Of a stretch of 64,000 nucleotides of DNA, positions 34,918 to 47,400 are shown one piece after another; the stretch's first letter is position 1; each line of letters starts with the position of its first letter. The stretch is from Octopus sinensis (taxonomy: Eukaryota), in the NCBI RefSeq assembly GCF_006345805.1, contig NW_021835988.1, positions 372,001 to 436,000 on the forward strand, read 5' to 3'. Under the pieces are notes generated by a model, which saw only the letters and a program-made list of their open reading frames with translations, made no database searches and had not been told where the DNA came from. The translations under genes were made by a program, and so were the position numbers.

Positions 34918-35560
34918 GATGCATTAAAACTCCTGATGAATTAAAGAACATTATGAACTATATTGAATATAATCAGTATCCTGATGACTTCACTGAAAAT
35001 CGAAAGCGGACGTTACGCAGAAGATGTAAGAATCTACAACTAGTAAATGGAGAATTATTTTTTGCACATAATGGAAATTTCCGTACTGTTGTCTGCTCTT
35101 TTCAAGAAGCTAGAATTAACTCAATTTTAACTAAAGAACACTCTATCGGACATCCAGGTGTTACCAAAATGTGCCATTTAATTTCCCAAAAATATATTGG
35201 TATCAGTCAAAAAGTTATTCGCCATTTTATATCGACTTGTGAATCCTGCAATCATTTCAACAGCCTAAAGACATGTGAAGATATTCGAATGATCACCGTC
35301 TCCCGTAAATTCGAAAGATTTATGGCGGATTGTGTTGATCTTAGGAGATATTCTGATCACAATAATGAATATAAATGGATTCTTAATGTGATCGATTGCT
35401 ATTCAAAATTTGCATGGTCATTTCCTCTCATAAATAAGACATCACAAAATATAAGAAATTCATTTAAAGATTAGTTTTACTCAGTTGGGCCATCAGAAAG
35501 TCTACACACAGATAATGGAAAAGAGTTTTGCAACTCACAAGTGTCAACATTATTACGTGA
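34918..35560 (+). mobile_element. Ginger-like integrase fragment (another lineage)
   Basis: HSIGHPG...CESC, ERFMADCVDL and LHTDNGKEF; in-frame stop near 35474. Confidence 0.8.
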
Positions 35561-36237
35561 TTGGGTAATAAAGGCAATCTCGCCACGATTTGGTCGGTCC
35601 CAAAAAATGGCGAGATTTAGAGATTTGACTGTAACCAAAAATGCCCAATTTGAAACGTTTGAGTGTATTAAAAAAATGAGAATAGTAGAAAAGAATCAAA
35701 ATAGTAAAAAAATCAAAATAAACAATAAAATACTAGAAAGAAATAAATTTAAAAAAATCTGTATGAATGCATATTAATCAATTGATAAAATGAATACAAA
35801 TTCACTTGCAAAATATACTTTATGCAATATATTTTACCAGTAATCAATTTAATTAATACTCAAATAAATAAAAAAACAAAAAATTATAAAATTAAAACAT
35901 AAAAGCACGAAAAAATAAAATAAGAATTAACTGCATACATGCACAACAAAATAAAATAATATAACGTGCGTAATAATTTATTGTAGTTAATTCAATAAAT
36001 TAAAAACATTTAAAAAATAAAATAAATAACATTTAATATCATCAATTTTTATTATTTCAGCTCGTCAATTGTAAGGGCAAAAAGAAATTCTTCAACAAGG
36101 ATCCTTTTCTGTAAACCTACCACTAAAATACGATTTTGTCTTCAAAAAACAAGTTCGTTGAGCCATAGGAAAATGCCGGAATTTCCACATCCTTAGATAC
36201 AAAATTGATGTCGTCAGCCCAAAATGATTATTTAAGT

Positions 36238-36745
36238 CAGGGTTTCTCAACATTTTTAGCTCAAGGGCCAAATCGATAATTAAGATTAGCTTCGCGGGCC
36301 GCACAAAAAATATTTTATATATTTTTATATTTTCCATTTTACTAAATATTGATTCGCATAAAAATGTAGATTTATATATGCATTGTGTGTTATATTTTTG
36401 AATTTGTCATGAGGAATTAATTCGTAAAAATTAATAATGGACGCATTTTTGAACAATGCCGCCAGTTCTATATCATGTTGTAAATTAATGAGTTCTAGTT
36501 GAAACTTAGCAGGCGCATCCTTAATTTCCACGCTGAATGGAGTTGCGAATATTTTCATTAAAGGAAGGAATTCTTTAAAATTCTAAAAATTAAATTTATA
36601 TAAATGTACCCCAAAACGTGCTTCAAATTGATTAATTAAATCACTAATTATGGATATGTTTAACCTTAAGAATGAATAATTAAATTTAAACATTATTAAA
36701 AAATTAAAAAAGTTACTCTAGAGGGGCCGCATTTGAGAACCGCTG
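36238..36745 (-). mobile_element. 508 bp non-autonomous hAT deletion derivative
   Basis: TIRs CAGGGTTTCTCAA / TTGAGAACCGCTG; perfect 8 bp TSD ATTTAAGT; remnant FATPFSVEIKDAPAKFQLELINLQ. Confidence 0.88.
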
Positions 36746-36759
36746 ATTTAAGTGATGCA

Positions 36760-36960
36760 ATTCTTTTCTAAAGTTCTTGACGCGGCTTTTAAATAGATTG
36801 CAAGGAGAACTGTTGAAAGAGAGTTTTCTTAAGGAGTATTAATCCTGGTGGAAAATTTATCCGAATAGTGTCTCCTCATTTCCACTACGAGACTCGTATC
36901 AGCTAGCAGAAAACGCACAATTCTCAAAGAGTTTTGTACTTCTGAAATATGGCCGTTAGC
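36760..36960 (-). mobile_element. Decayed RTE RT fragment
   Basis: SLRIVRFLLADTSLVV...INTP*ENSLS...IYLKAASR aligns by eye to the 46093 ORF. Confidence 0.6.
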
Positions 36961-37317
36961 CACCGATAACTCCATACTATACTATGTCAGCGGTTGATCA
37001 TATTTGTGGATAATAGTAAATTTTATTTAAAAATCACAATAGCACTTAAATGACAAAAGGGAGAAGAGCGGCATAATTGGGGCCGAGTGGAAAAGGATTC
37101 TTCTGGTCATTGAAAAGCTGAAAAAAACTAATGACAACCAGGAAACCAGCATCTTGAGAGGTAACTCGTTTGCTATTTGCAGTGCGGCCAATGGAGAATC
37201 CTAACTTCCTAATATGTATTCACTCCCAAATAATTTACTGTCAAAAAAACAAAAACGGGTTAAACGTAGATAACAAAGGTAAGAATTTTAAGCAGTTTCA
37301 ATCAATAGAAGAAAAAA

Positions 37318-37388
37318 TGCGCCTGCCGGGAATCGAACCCGGGTCGCTCGCATGGCAAGCGAACATGATACCTCTACACCACAGGCGC
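37318..37388 (-). tRNA. tRNA-Gly (GCC)
   Basis: 71 nt cloverleaf GCGCCTG...CAGGCGC-A; anticodon arm TTCGC-TTGCCAT-GCGAG; GGTTCGATTCC T-loop; T6 Pol III terminator immediately downstream. Confidence 0.95.
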
Positions 37389-38089
37389 TGTTTGGATAAA
37401 TCGTCGGTTGTTTGGTATTTTACGATCTTGATCATTCTTAACTATGCTCAGCTTTCCAAACTTTAAAGGATTATTCAATTTTAGTTTTGATGCAGTGGTT
37501 AAAAAATATTTTGCAAAAATCAAGAATTAAGAAAAGTCTTTAAAAAATCTTTTTCTATTATTTAAATAATACCACTTTTCACAACTCTTATAAATATTTA
37601 AATTTCATTTTGTCTTATTTACTACAAATATAACGCTGATAATTCATAGACTATTATAGCGTCATAAAATTCTTTACATTTTGTTATTCGAATTATTTAA
37701 TAAATTATACTTTCAATCTCATAAAATGTAAAAAAAACATTTCATTTCTGAAAGTTATTGGAGTCATTTGTAGACGAGAAAGTTTCGTGAAGAACATACT
37801 ATAATAAATTGTTGAGGCAAAATAAATAAAAAAAAGAAATGATTTGGCCCCTTTTGAACATAAACTGAAATTTAGTTCCCACTTAAAATTAAAACAATCA
37901 GCTTGTATTGCTAAAGTCAAAGTTTTTTTGACAAAGAAAACTCACAAAAGAAATGAGTTGGGCAACGCAAAACGTGAGAATGATAAAATATTGTATTGTG
38001 AAATTAAAACCCGAAGGTTGGGGAAATTAAAGGCCATACTGCTGATCTTTTTCTAGACAACGAAAATATCTTATTCACAAAGAACATTA

Positions 38090-38300
38090 AAAGTACCGAT
38101 TGGACTAATCAAATCGATATTTGGCGGACTAAAGAAACCGTTTCCGGCTCTTGGCACTCTCTACAAACAATTTATCGTACCAACAATTGGCTATGCCTTC
38201 GCCGCATGGGGTATTAATCTGTCATGGTCTAACCGCCTTAAAATTGAGACTACACTATGTCGAGCCGCGGCTAGCATAACGCAAATTTCCAATTTGAACA
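38090..38300 (+). mobile_element. LINE RT C-terminal fragment
   Basis: LYKQFIVPTIGYAFAAW...KIETTLCRAA. Confidence 0.55.
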
Positions 38301-39314
38301 ACATTATTCCAAGTCCCCTTGATCACCTAATTAAGAAAGATGGAAAAGGCTTCTTAGCCATCCAACAGGACCACACGTCAAAAGACCAAGACCTTAGCAA
38401 CCAGAAGCACATCACCCCGATTCGATTCCTCACAAAAACTGCTCCCCACCCGACAAATTGAATAATGCAGATGACATTTGAAGTTTGTAATTGACTAATT
38501 GAATTATGCAGATTTCATTTGAAGTTTATAATTAACAAATTGATTTGAAATGGTATAGATGACCATCTACCATCACTCCTTCATCCTCTGTTTCCAGATC
38601 ATTTAGGGTTTTTTTCTTCATTTTCAATATTTTCTTTACAAGAATGGCTTGGTTTATTATGAGGCTACCGGATGAATTAATCTCTTTTCAGTGATTTAAA
38701 TTATATGCTTGAGCCAGATTATCATAGTAGCTATTGTTTTCTTTAACACGAGTGTCTGTATGAAAGTCCAAGTTCCTTCTTCAATAGACAAATTTTCAAA
38801 TAAAGCGGAGCAAAAAAATCATGGAAAGCTTCCATATTTTGATTAGATTAATAATAATCTTCTAAAATAATATTAAATGTCATCGTCTGACCCGCCATTT
38901 GCCAGACCACATTTCCAATTTCATAATTTTTCCCAAAAAACTACATTTTTTTAAGTCCGAAGTTATTCAATGAAAATTTACAATTTTGTTAAAATTACAG
39001 CTAATCAATCACTTCAAAGAAAACTAGTCATAAAAAAATACTCTAATTATTTTGGTGTTGTGGATTATTTTCAGTTCACTGGCAGGAAGTTTTACTTATG
39101 GACCTTTTCCACCTCAACTTGCTTCAGGTCTTTTTGAGAGGTGATCCCAATTTAAGCATGATTTGTTTCTCATTTTATTGAGTACAAAGTTGTTCTGACT
39201 TTCGTATCCTTTTATTAATTTTGTTTTCGAAAATAAAAAATATATATTTTATAAAATTATTTAAATTGTAATTGACTTTCTGTAGCTACTAATGTGCATG
39301 TTTAGTTGATAAAA

Positions 39315-41247
39315 ATGGATTTAATTGAAGGAGCAAAATTTTACATAGATTTAATGCTTGAAGACGCCGGTCCCGGAATGAAGGCAATGCTATTCGATGC
39401 CAATACAGTAACAATATAAAACATAATTAAATTAGGCAAAAATAGTAAGCTACATATATTCCCCAACGGAACTATTATACAAACAAGTATTTTTATTCGA
39501 CCAATTAAAAAACCAAACTTGCGAGTCTCTATCTTTCGTAGTGGCCATAATTTTTGTGCAGCCGACCAATTCCAATTATAATTTAATCCTCAAAGAACTG
39601 TCAACCCCCCGATTTACACATTATGCAATATGTCCCCAATATTTAAATATTTTAGATTTCTCAAGTTACTGTCCAACTGACTTTATCGAAGGGATTGCCA
39701 TGGCAGATAACGACGAGAGAGTCCTGGCCCTCAGAGTATTCTTATCTGGGTTACTCCCTTAAGGAAATTTGCTTAGACTACTATGCCCATGGTCCTTGTC
39801 TCTTTACATTCAACATTGAGACATGTCATACGGTTGTAATTTAATTAATATTTAAAAATAGAATAATGGAGGTTGGAAAGGTGATTCATTTGAGCTTGTT
39901 TGTGGGGGATTAATGTCAGTGATCAATTCGTTGGGGCAAAACCCCGAGATCCGTCATCAAGGCTCGTCCCCTCATTGTGCCAAAATATGCTATGAACTAA
40001 AAAATATGTTGGACATGCAGAACGAATCTTCTAAGGACTATGATTCGCTGCTAGTCATAGTAGATCGGAATATAGACCCAGTGATCCCTGTCATCAATTC
40101 GGTCTCTTTAACCGAGTTCACTAGCATAGTGGACTTATGAGGCTATGATACACGAATTGGTAGGAATACACGACAATACGGTAAAATTGACACCGAAAGG
40201 CTCAAAGCAGATTGTAATAACATTAAATTCGGCGAATACATTTTTTAAACAGGTTTTCTGGACGATATTGAACCACGTGTATAGAATCGGTTGCTTTTTT
40301 ACGATGAAATTGTGTCCAACGTGTCCAGTTGTATAGAAAAGATCAAAGGATTTAGCCAAGGCTTAACGGGGACTGAGTCATTGTCATATATGAAGGTTTT
40401 TTGGTTCAGCATGTTCAGGGATTTGTGGAAAAGTACACCAAACAGAGGAAGTGGGTGGAAATGGTGACACAACACTCCGACCTTGTAGGCGAACTAACGA
40501 GAATAGCCACAGAAAACAGTCTGTTCGAGACTTCGCTTCTGGAACAGGACATTATTGCATCAAAATTAGATTTCTCTCAAGTTATGCAAGTATTTTTAGT
40601 TTTTTTACAATTTCTATGGCAGAAAGTTGGCAATTTGTTTGCCGATTGCCCGAATGTGACTGCCTTGGACACAATTCGACTGTCCTTGTTGTGTTTGATT
40701 AGATTTCCTGAGGCTGCCAACTATAAACTTGACATATTCAACAAACATTTGCTCAAGCTGAACGTCTCTCCTCAAATGTATCAAATTCCGCAGTCATTTC
40801 AACGTTTTTTGAGCAAAAAGTCGAGTAATCGGACTGATGGGACTATTTTGCGGTGGAGGGAGGCTTTGAAGAAGGCCTCCAAGTCTTATCAAAGTGACCC
40901 TGTCAATTTGTACCGACGCTACCGACCATATTTGGCTACCCTGCTTTCCGAGATTGCCGAAAACAGTCTATCACTAACTGACTTTCCAAGCTCTTTGCAA
41001 TATAACCCGTTTTTTGGAAAGGATGTGAAGAAGGGAGCCCAAACTAAAGGGGGTTACTCAAAAGTTGTCGTATTTATTGTTGGAGGAGTCACCTATGCTG
41101 AGGCTGGAGTCCTGGAATCAGAAAATTGGCCTTTTCAGGTTATTTTGGGAGGAACTCGAATTCACAATTTTGACACGTGAGTTGAGGGGTGTTATTTTAT
41201 TTAGTTATTCCAAGGAGATAGTCAACATTCTTAGTTCGTCTGGATGA
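39315..41247 (+). CDS. VPS45: Sec1/Munc18-family vacuolar protein sorting protein 45; 10 exons, 559 aa
   Basis: Exons 39315-39407, 39436-39631, 39656-39735, 39764-39832, 39862-40101, 40130-40252, 40285-40395, 40419-40589, 40623-41176, 41205-41247 sum to 1680 nt. Motifs EDAGPGMK, DRNIDPVIPVINSWTYEAMIHEL and VFIVGGVTYAE...VILGGTRIHN. Confidence 0.93.
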
Positions 41248-41381
41248 TTGAGCTTATTTATTTAATTGATTATTTAATCATTTTTAAAAATATTTTACCA
41301 CTTAAATTTATTCATGCAAAAATCAACCTTAAAAATATACAAAAATGAATTGTAATCACTAAATATTTTAAAACAATTATT

Positions 41382-42485
41382 TTAAACAAATTTTGAATTA
41401 TAAATTCCTCTGAGGTCACTTAGAATATTTTCGAGTTGATTAAAAAACTCACATGACCCCTCATTTGATGAATAGCAGGCAGCCTTGTAAGTGTTTGATA
41501 TTTGACTGCTAATGAATGTGATCATATCCTCAATCATGTTGAAGACATTTTTAAAGTCAAGGCTTTCATTGTGATGGGCCAAAACCGATTTCATATTGCA
41601 CATCATTGAATTAAAATTTGCAAATTGTGCGATAATTTTTTTATGTCCTTGTTTTATTGATTTTTTCTTTTGTTTTGTGAGTTTTTTGATTTCCGTGTCC
41701 ATATTTTTTAAGATTTGTGAGATCAAGACGTCATTTTTAGCGAAGGACCTTTTTCTTCTCACAACGAACTCTTGACTGAGATTAGAAGACAGTAGCGGAA
41801 TCTCCTGCATTTTTTCAATATTTTTTTGAAGTGCCGTGTACTGTTTTTTAAACTCAATTCGTATTTTATCAACAATCCTTGCTTCATTTTCTCCAAATAG
41901 AGCGAGATCTTCGGTTATTTGGACAGTTTCGAGCAGATTTTGAAGGTCGGTGGTTATCTTTTTGAAGCATTCTGTGTTTTTGATGTTAATTTTGAACAAT
42001 TGTGAAGTTTCCGAACCCCATTTCTTCATGGTCAGCATACTTGAAGTTTTTGTTAACATTTTTCTAGTTTCAGTAAGTTTTTTCTCGATTGAAGATAAAT
42101 ATTTTTTATTTTTTTGTGCGCTTAATGAAGCTTCTGGAATGATTTTGATAATATTTTCAAGCGATCGAATTATTTTGTCGACAATTTTTGAAAATTCAAA
42201 TAAAAAATCATTTACTTCTGGTCGTTCGTCGAAATATTTAGCAAGTCCAGTATTTATTATCAAAATTATTTTTATGAAATCATCCATCGCACTCCGAATA
42301 TTTAGTTTTGTCTCTTTTGGAATCAAATTTTGATTAGGGGCCGTTTCCTCGACCAATGTGTCGTATACGGTGTTGCACATGTCGTACAGTCCGTCATATA
42401 TTCCGTCGTAGATTGGCTCGTTCTCTCCGTCTTCGAACATATTTAATCTCACCATTTTTAATTTGTTTTCCAATTCTTCATCCAT
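41382..42485 (-). CDS. Hypothetical 367 aa helical/coiled-coil protein with an N-terminal tyrosine cluster
   Basis: Uninterrupted 1.1 kb ATG-TAA ORF in AT-rich DNA; convergent with VPS45; no TE motifs recognised. Confidence 0.75.
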   Translation of the reverse strand: MDEELENKLKMVRLNMFEDGENEPIYDGIYDGLYDMCNTVYDTLVEETAPNQNLIPKETKLNIRSAMDDFIKIILIINTGLAKYFDERPEVNDFLFEFSKIVDKIIRSLENIIKIIPEASLSAQKNKKYLSSIEKKLTETRKMLTKTSSMLTMKKWGSETSQLFKINIKNTECFKKITTDLQNLLETVQITEDLALFGENEARIVDKIRIEFKKQYTALQKNIEKMQEIPLLSSNLSQEFVVRRKRSFAKNDVLISQILKNMDTEIKKLTKQKKKSIKQGHKKIIAQFANFNSMMCNMKSVLAHHNESLDFKNVFNMIEDMITFISSQISNTYKAACYSSNEGSCEFFNQLENILSDLRGIYNSKFV

Positions 42486-42639
42486 TGCGTAGCGCTGTGA
42501 GATGGATTTACTTACTTATAATATTAATTATAAGCTCGTAGGCAATTTAAGACATTCTAGTTACGAAAAATATTCATTTACCTTTTGGGAAAATAATTAT
42601 TTTTTAGTTAACTACTATTTACAAATAAAATTATTAGCT

Positions 42640-43050
42640 TTCAGTCGGATCCCTTCTTTTAAGGATTTTGACGAAGGGGCCGAGGTTGTCTACTTTATGT
42701 GGTTTTTATTTTCAAGTTACTGGATCTTAAAAGTGGGACCTGAATGAAGTCGTTAGGGCAAAGAATGAGGTAGAAGAGTCTATTCTTGTTTACAAGAAGA
42801 AACTCTCAACCTGTTTGAGTTTAATCGCAGGATGTTTTATCGTCGTTTACACGATGATGGGGTGAAGGAGGGTAGCCAGCAAGACTCGGAGATGTTAGCC
42901 ACATGGGGGAGTATGTGGAAAGTCCGACCTCGCAAGGGAAAAGTGGACTTTAGCCTAGAGTCCACCAGACCCTTGATGACCGAGTCTTGCGGTGTCTTTG
43001 ACATTCGCAAGAAGTTCGATTTTAATAAACTGTCTTTTCTAGTTTTTCTG
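42640..43050 (+). mobile_element. R2/R4-type retrotransposon fragment upstream of the RT domain
   Basis: FEFNRRMFYRRL...WGSMW segment typical of this ORF region; recognised from memory. Confidence 0.5.
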
Positions 43051-44879
43051 AGTAAAATTATTAAAAGGAGTGACACTATATTATCACGTGTCTAGGAAGG
43101 GACATCTGTGGATGTGTCGGTGATAGTAAAAGTTACTTTTTGACAAATCAAATATTTTTTTAATATTTTTATGACATTAGTCAGGATCATTCAAAGATTT
43201 AGTCGTCGCTAATAATTCAAGAGAAACTTTGAATGCTTTAGGACTTGGTGAAATAGGAAATAGATCGCTTCTACTTTGAATCCTCATGACTCTTATTTTC
43301 TGAGGGATTTAAATGATCAAAAAAGAATTCCAAAGGAATATTAAACTATTGCTTATATTTTAAATATTCACACCGAGTGAAAAAAATCATAAAATGCTAT
43401 GACAAATTTTAATTTTTTCTCATTTTGAATTCGTAGTTAAACCGAAAAAAGCTTTTCAACAAATTGGATTTTGTGATTAGCGCAAGTATCAAAAAAATAT
43501 TAATTACATCTTAATTTAACGTTAACTGAATTTATTAGACAAAAACAATTTTCTTGACCAAGTAAATCCGGAAGCCACTCAAATCATATCATGAATTCAA
43601 GTGTTCCCTTGTAGCTTATCAACTAGCAAATGGATAAATCTGCGAATATTCTTGTTTAAATGATTATTTACAACAGTAATCAAATAAACATTTGATTTCA
43701 TCAAATGAGTCAATGATAGCAAGCTTTTGATATTTACCAGTCAATTTACAATTTGATTCTACAAACAAATCGGCCAAATACTGAAATAATTAATTATTAT
43801 AAAAAAACATTATAAAAATTTTTTAAACAATCGATGATTATTTCTCTTTTCTCAAAGAACTCTCACATTCGATATTATCAAAAATTAAATCACTAAAAAT
43901 TTCAAATACAGATAGAATAAAGAAATGAATTCCAATTTAAACTGTTTGGCGAATTCAAATGAGATTTGAAATTTATTTTATTTCATGAATTGCGACAAAC
44001 TTAAAGAAATTTCGATCGAATGACTTTTTTGTTCTAAAAAATTATTAATCATTGAAAAACTAAACAAAATTTAAATATTCGAGATAATCACCATCATAAG
44101 GCAACATATTAAAATAACTTTAGTTTCAAAACCATATAAACTGAACAATTTATTTGACTTACATCTGAAATATCTGAAATCATAGATATCAAAGACACAA
44201 AATTTCGCACAAATATCACGCATTCGTCAACGATTGTGATTTTGTTCCAAAATTCACAAAAATTCATTAATTATAAATCAAAAATATTACTATTTTTTTA
44301 TATCTTGATATGAGAGCAAAATCCGCAAAATGTGAATGCAGAAAATTTAGGAACAAAAAGCAAAGTGTTTTTTTTCAAATTTTCGATAAAATTGTAAAAA
44401 TTGATTGTTCAGAACAATCTAAAAGATTCCGATAATTTTTTAAATCGGGTTTTTTGAATTCCGAAATCTAGAGGTAATTGGCGTTAATCCCAACCTTGAG
44501 ATTACTGTACACGATATGGAAAGATGTTTTTAATCACGAAAACTGATTATAGTGTGAATTGTAAGTCCGACAAATAAAAGAGAGAATATCAAAACAAAAG
44601 TCAATGTCCTCACACATATTTTCATTTAAGAATAGTAATTCCAGCTTAAACATAGTAAAATAGATTCAATACACTCAACCCTCTCAAATTTGTGATTCCT
44701 TCAATTTTGTTGGCCAATTAGAGAATAAAATCGATCATTTTTCAAAGAAACTACTTTAATGTGTCTTCAGTTAGCATATTTTTTAATTAAAAAAATTAAA
44801 AAAATCTTAATTTTATTAAAGTAAAATTCAATTCCCATTTATTTTTTTTAGATATAATTATATTTTCTTTGTAACGTCT

Positions 44880-45510
44880 TATGTAGATTAGATTAGTAAG
44901 ACATCATGCTCGTTTTCAATGTTTTTTAATAAATCTTTTTCAATTGTCAATAACCTGACCACAATGTCATTTTTGTTAATTTCTCCCTCATCATTTATAT
45001 TTTCATCATTTTCATCTTCAATGTTTCCGCAATGTTCCATCTCTTCTATTGTATCATTTTCTGCATATTCATATGCAAGAAATTCTTCAATATCCAACGG
45101 ATAAAAATATCTGTCCTTTCTATTGGTATACTATCTTCTGATTTATTTTTCACGTTATCATTATTTAGAATTCCGAAACAATTTGAAATGGTTTGTTGCG
45201 ATACATCTTCCCATGCCATTTTAACAAATATCACAACATTCTTTAATGTAAGGTTTTTGCAGGTTTGTGCTTATTGAAAAGCGTTTTAGAATTTTTTATG
45301 ATTCCCAGGTCCATTGGCCGGACCAAGACTGTACTATTTCGCAATATAAACATGATTTCAATATTAGACAAATTATTAGGTATGCAATGGGAAGGACAAT
45401 TATCCCGAATAAGTAAAATTTGTTTTTTCTGTATTTTAGATTCAAATCAAAGTTTATTAGCCAATCTATGAAGATTTTCCTAGTCATCCAAGCACGCTGG
45501 GAGCTATAAT
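44880..45510 (-). mobile_element. pogo/Tigger remnant
   Basis: WMTRKIFIDWL..FD, PMDLGII and MAWEDVSQQTISNCF. Confidence 0.75.
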
Positions 45511-46179
45511 ATAAAATAAATGAATCGTAATATAAAATAAATGAATCGTAATTGCCTCAAATGATTTTGAATCCATGAAACTGCATTGTGAAAGGATAGT
45601 CGAGGAACAAAAGAATCAAAAGACTATTCACCGTTTTTGGTTATCTACATTACATTACATCGAGAACGAATAGATTTGGATTTCTGAATTTTTTTCTATC
45701 TAGTTGTTTATTGAGGACTTGAGGAAGAATACTGGATTAAAAGTTTTTTTAATCGCTGGTGATTCAAACCGTAAACTTGATTCTTGTTATAACTCTTTAA
45801 ATACAAATAGTGATATTTTTTTTAAATATGAGGCAAAACTGACAGTGTCTTCATTGGAAAGTTGTAAAAATTTAAAATAATAAAATTAAAGTTGATCCCG
45901 TGTACAATTTAGCTTATTAATCTAAAAACCGATTTCTAAATGTAAATTCGGATTTATAAAATGGACGTTAATTCAGAAAATAACGAACGATAGGTTAATA
46001 AAGTGTAATGCTAGACCTACATTTTGCTAACTTATTACAAAATAATTATGATCACTTCTTGGAAATTTTATTATTATTAAATAATTTTATTTATGTTTCA
46101 AAAAACTATAAAAATAATAAATAAATTGATTTGGATCATTTCATACATACTCTCATACTCTACTCTAATCATACTCTTG

Positions 46180-47400
46180 AACACAATAAGGAAAATCTTC
46201 TCGCTCGTAACACTGGAACGTATTAAGGACCCTGTTAATGAATATCTGTCGGCTAGCCAAAGTGGATTCAGGCCTGGGCGATCAACTGCAGATGTAGTAT
46301 GGGGACATAGATGGATCTGTGCCATATCTCAGAAATTTAAAATGGCGACCACAATATTGGGCATTGATATGAGCAGGGCATTTGATACAATCCGCAGAGA
46401 CAAGCTAATGGAGATCCTCAAAACTATTCTTGACAATGACTCGATCAGAATGGTTCGAGCACTACTTATAGACACCGAGTTAACGGTGAAGATCGGACCC
46501 GTACAATCAAGATCTTTCAAAACAAGCATTGGAACGCCCCAAGGTGATTCAATATCACCTGTACTATTCATTGTCTATCTTGAAGCGGCACTAAGAGATC
46601 TGAGAAAACTAGTGAAGTCTACTTCAATAACTGAAGTGATATATGCCGACGATTCGACTCTCGAAGAACTGCTGAACATTGCTCCTCAGGCACTGGAAAA
46701 ATGGTTCTTAAAAGTGAACATAGAAAAAACCGAATATGTAACAATCAACCGGGAGGCAAATAGAACAGACGAAAAATGGCGAAACTCGAAAAAAGTTGGA
46801 ACTCTTTTAGGAGATAGTGAAGACATTATGAGGAGAAAGATGCTATCGACTGTTGCACTTAACAAACTGCGGACCACTTGGCTACGAAACCGCGAGGTTG
46901 GAACGGCCTTACGTGCCAAATTATACAATGCTTTTATTAAACCCATACTTTTGTACAACGGAGGAACATGGGGAATATCTGAGTCTGAATCAAAATCTCT
47001 TGATGCATTCCATAGAAGACAGTTAAGAATTCTTATTGGCATCAACTGGCCAAAGAAAATCAAGAACTCCACCCTATACAATATCTGCAACAGCAGACCC
47101 GTCAGTGTGGACATTACCGAAGCACGTTGGCGCCTATTGGGCCACATTCTAAGACTCGACCAGGATGTTTATGCTAACTGGGCAATGGAATCATATTACG
47201 CAAAGGACGAAAGATCTGCGTCCCGAGGACGCCCACGAAATACATTACCTATTGTAATCTCAAAAGAACTACAACGCGTTAAAAGACAACTGAAAAATGG
47301 AGACGACCTAGATACTCTCAGGAGTATAGCATACAACCGCACATCATGGAAAATTATGACCGAAAAGATAGTCTCATATGTGGCACATGTGGGAACTTAA
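46180..47400 (+). mobile_element. 5'-truncated RTE-clade LINE (RT and C-terminus in an open frame)
   Basis: QSGFRPGRST, IDMSRAFD, GTPQGDSISP, YADD and RWRLLGHILR; ends TAA 47400. Confidence 0.88.

Noticed and set aside
37170-37466. 98 aa ORF
   Set aside because: Runs antisense through the tRNA-Gly gene and AT-rich filler
38520-39240. Minus-strand gene divergent from VPS45
   Set aside because: Coding-like patches exist, but no intron combination removed the stops and no family was recognised
39315-41247. Alternative genetic code explaining the stops
   Set aside because: All stops fall within GT-AG micro-introns, and long ORFs end normally at TAA or TGA
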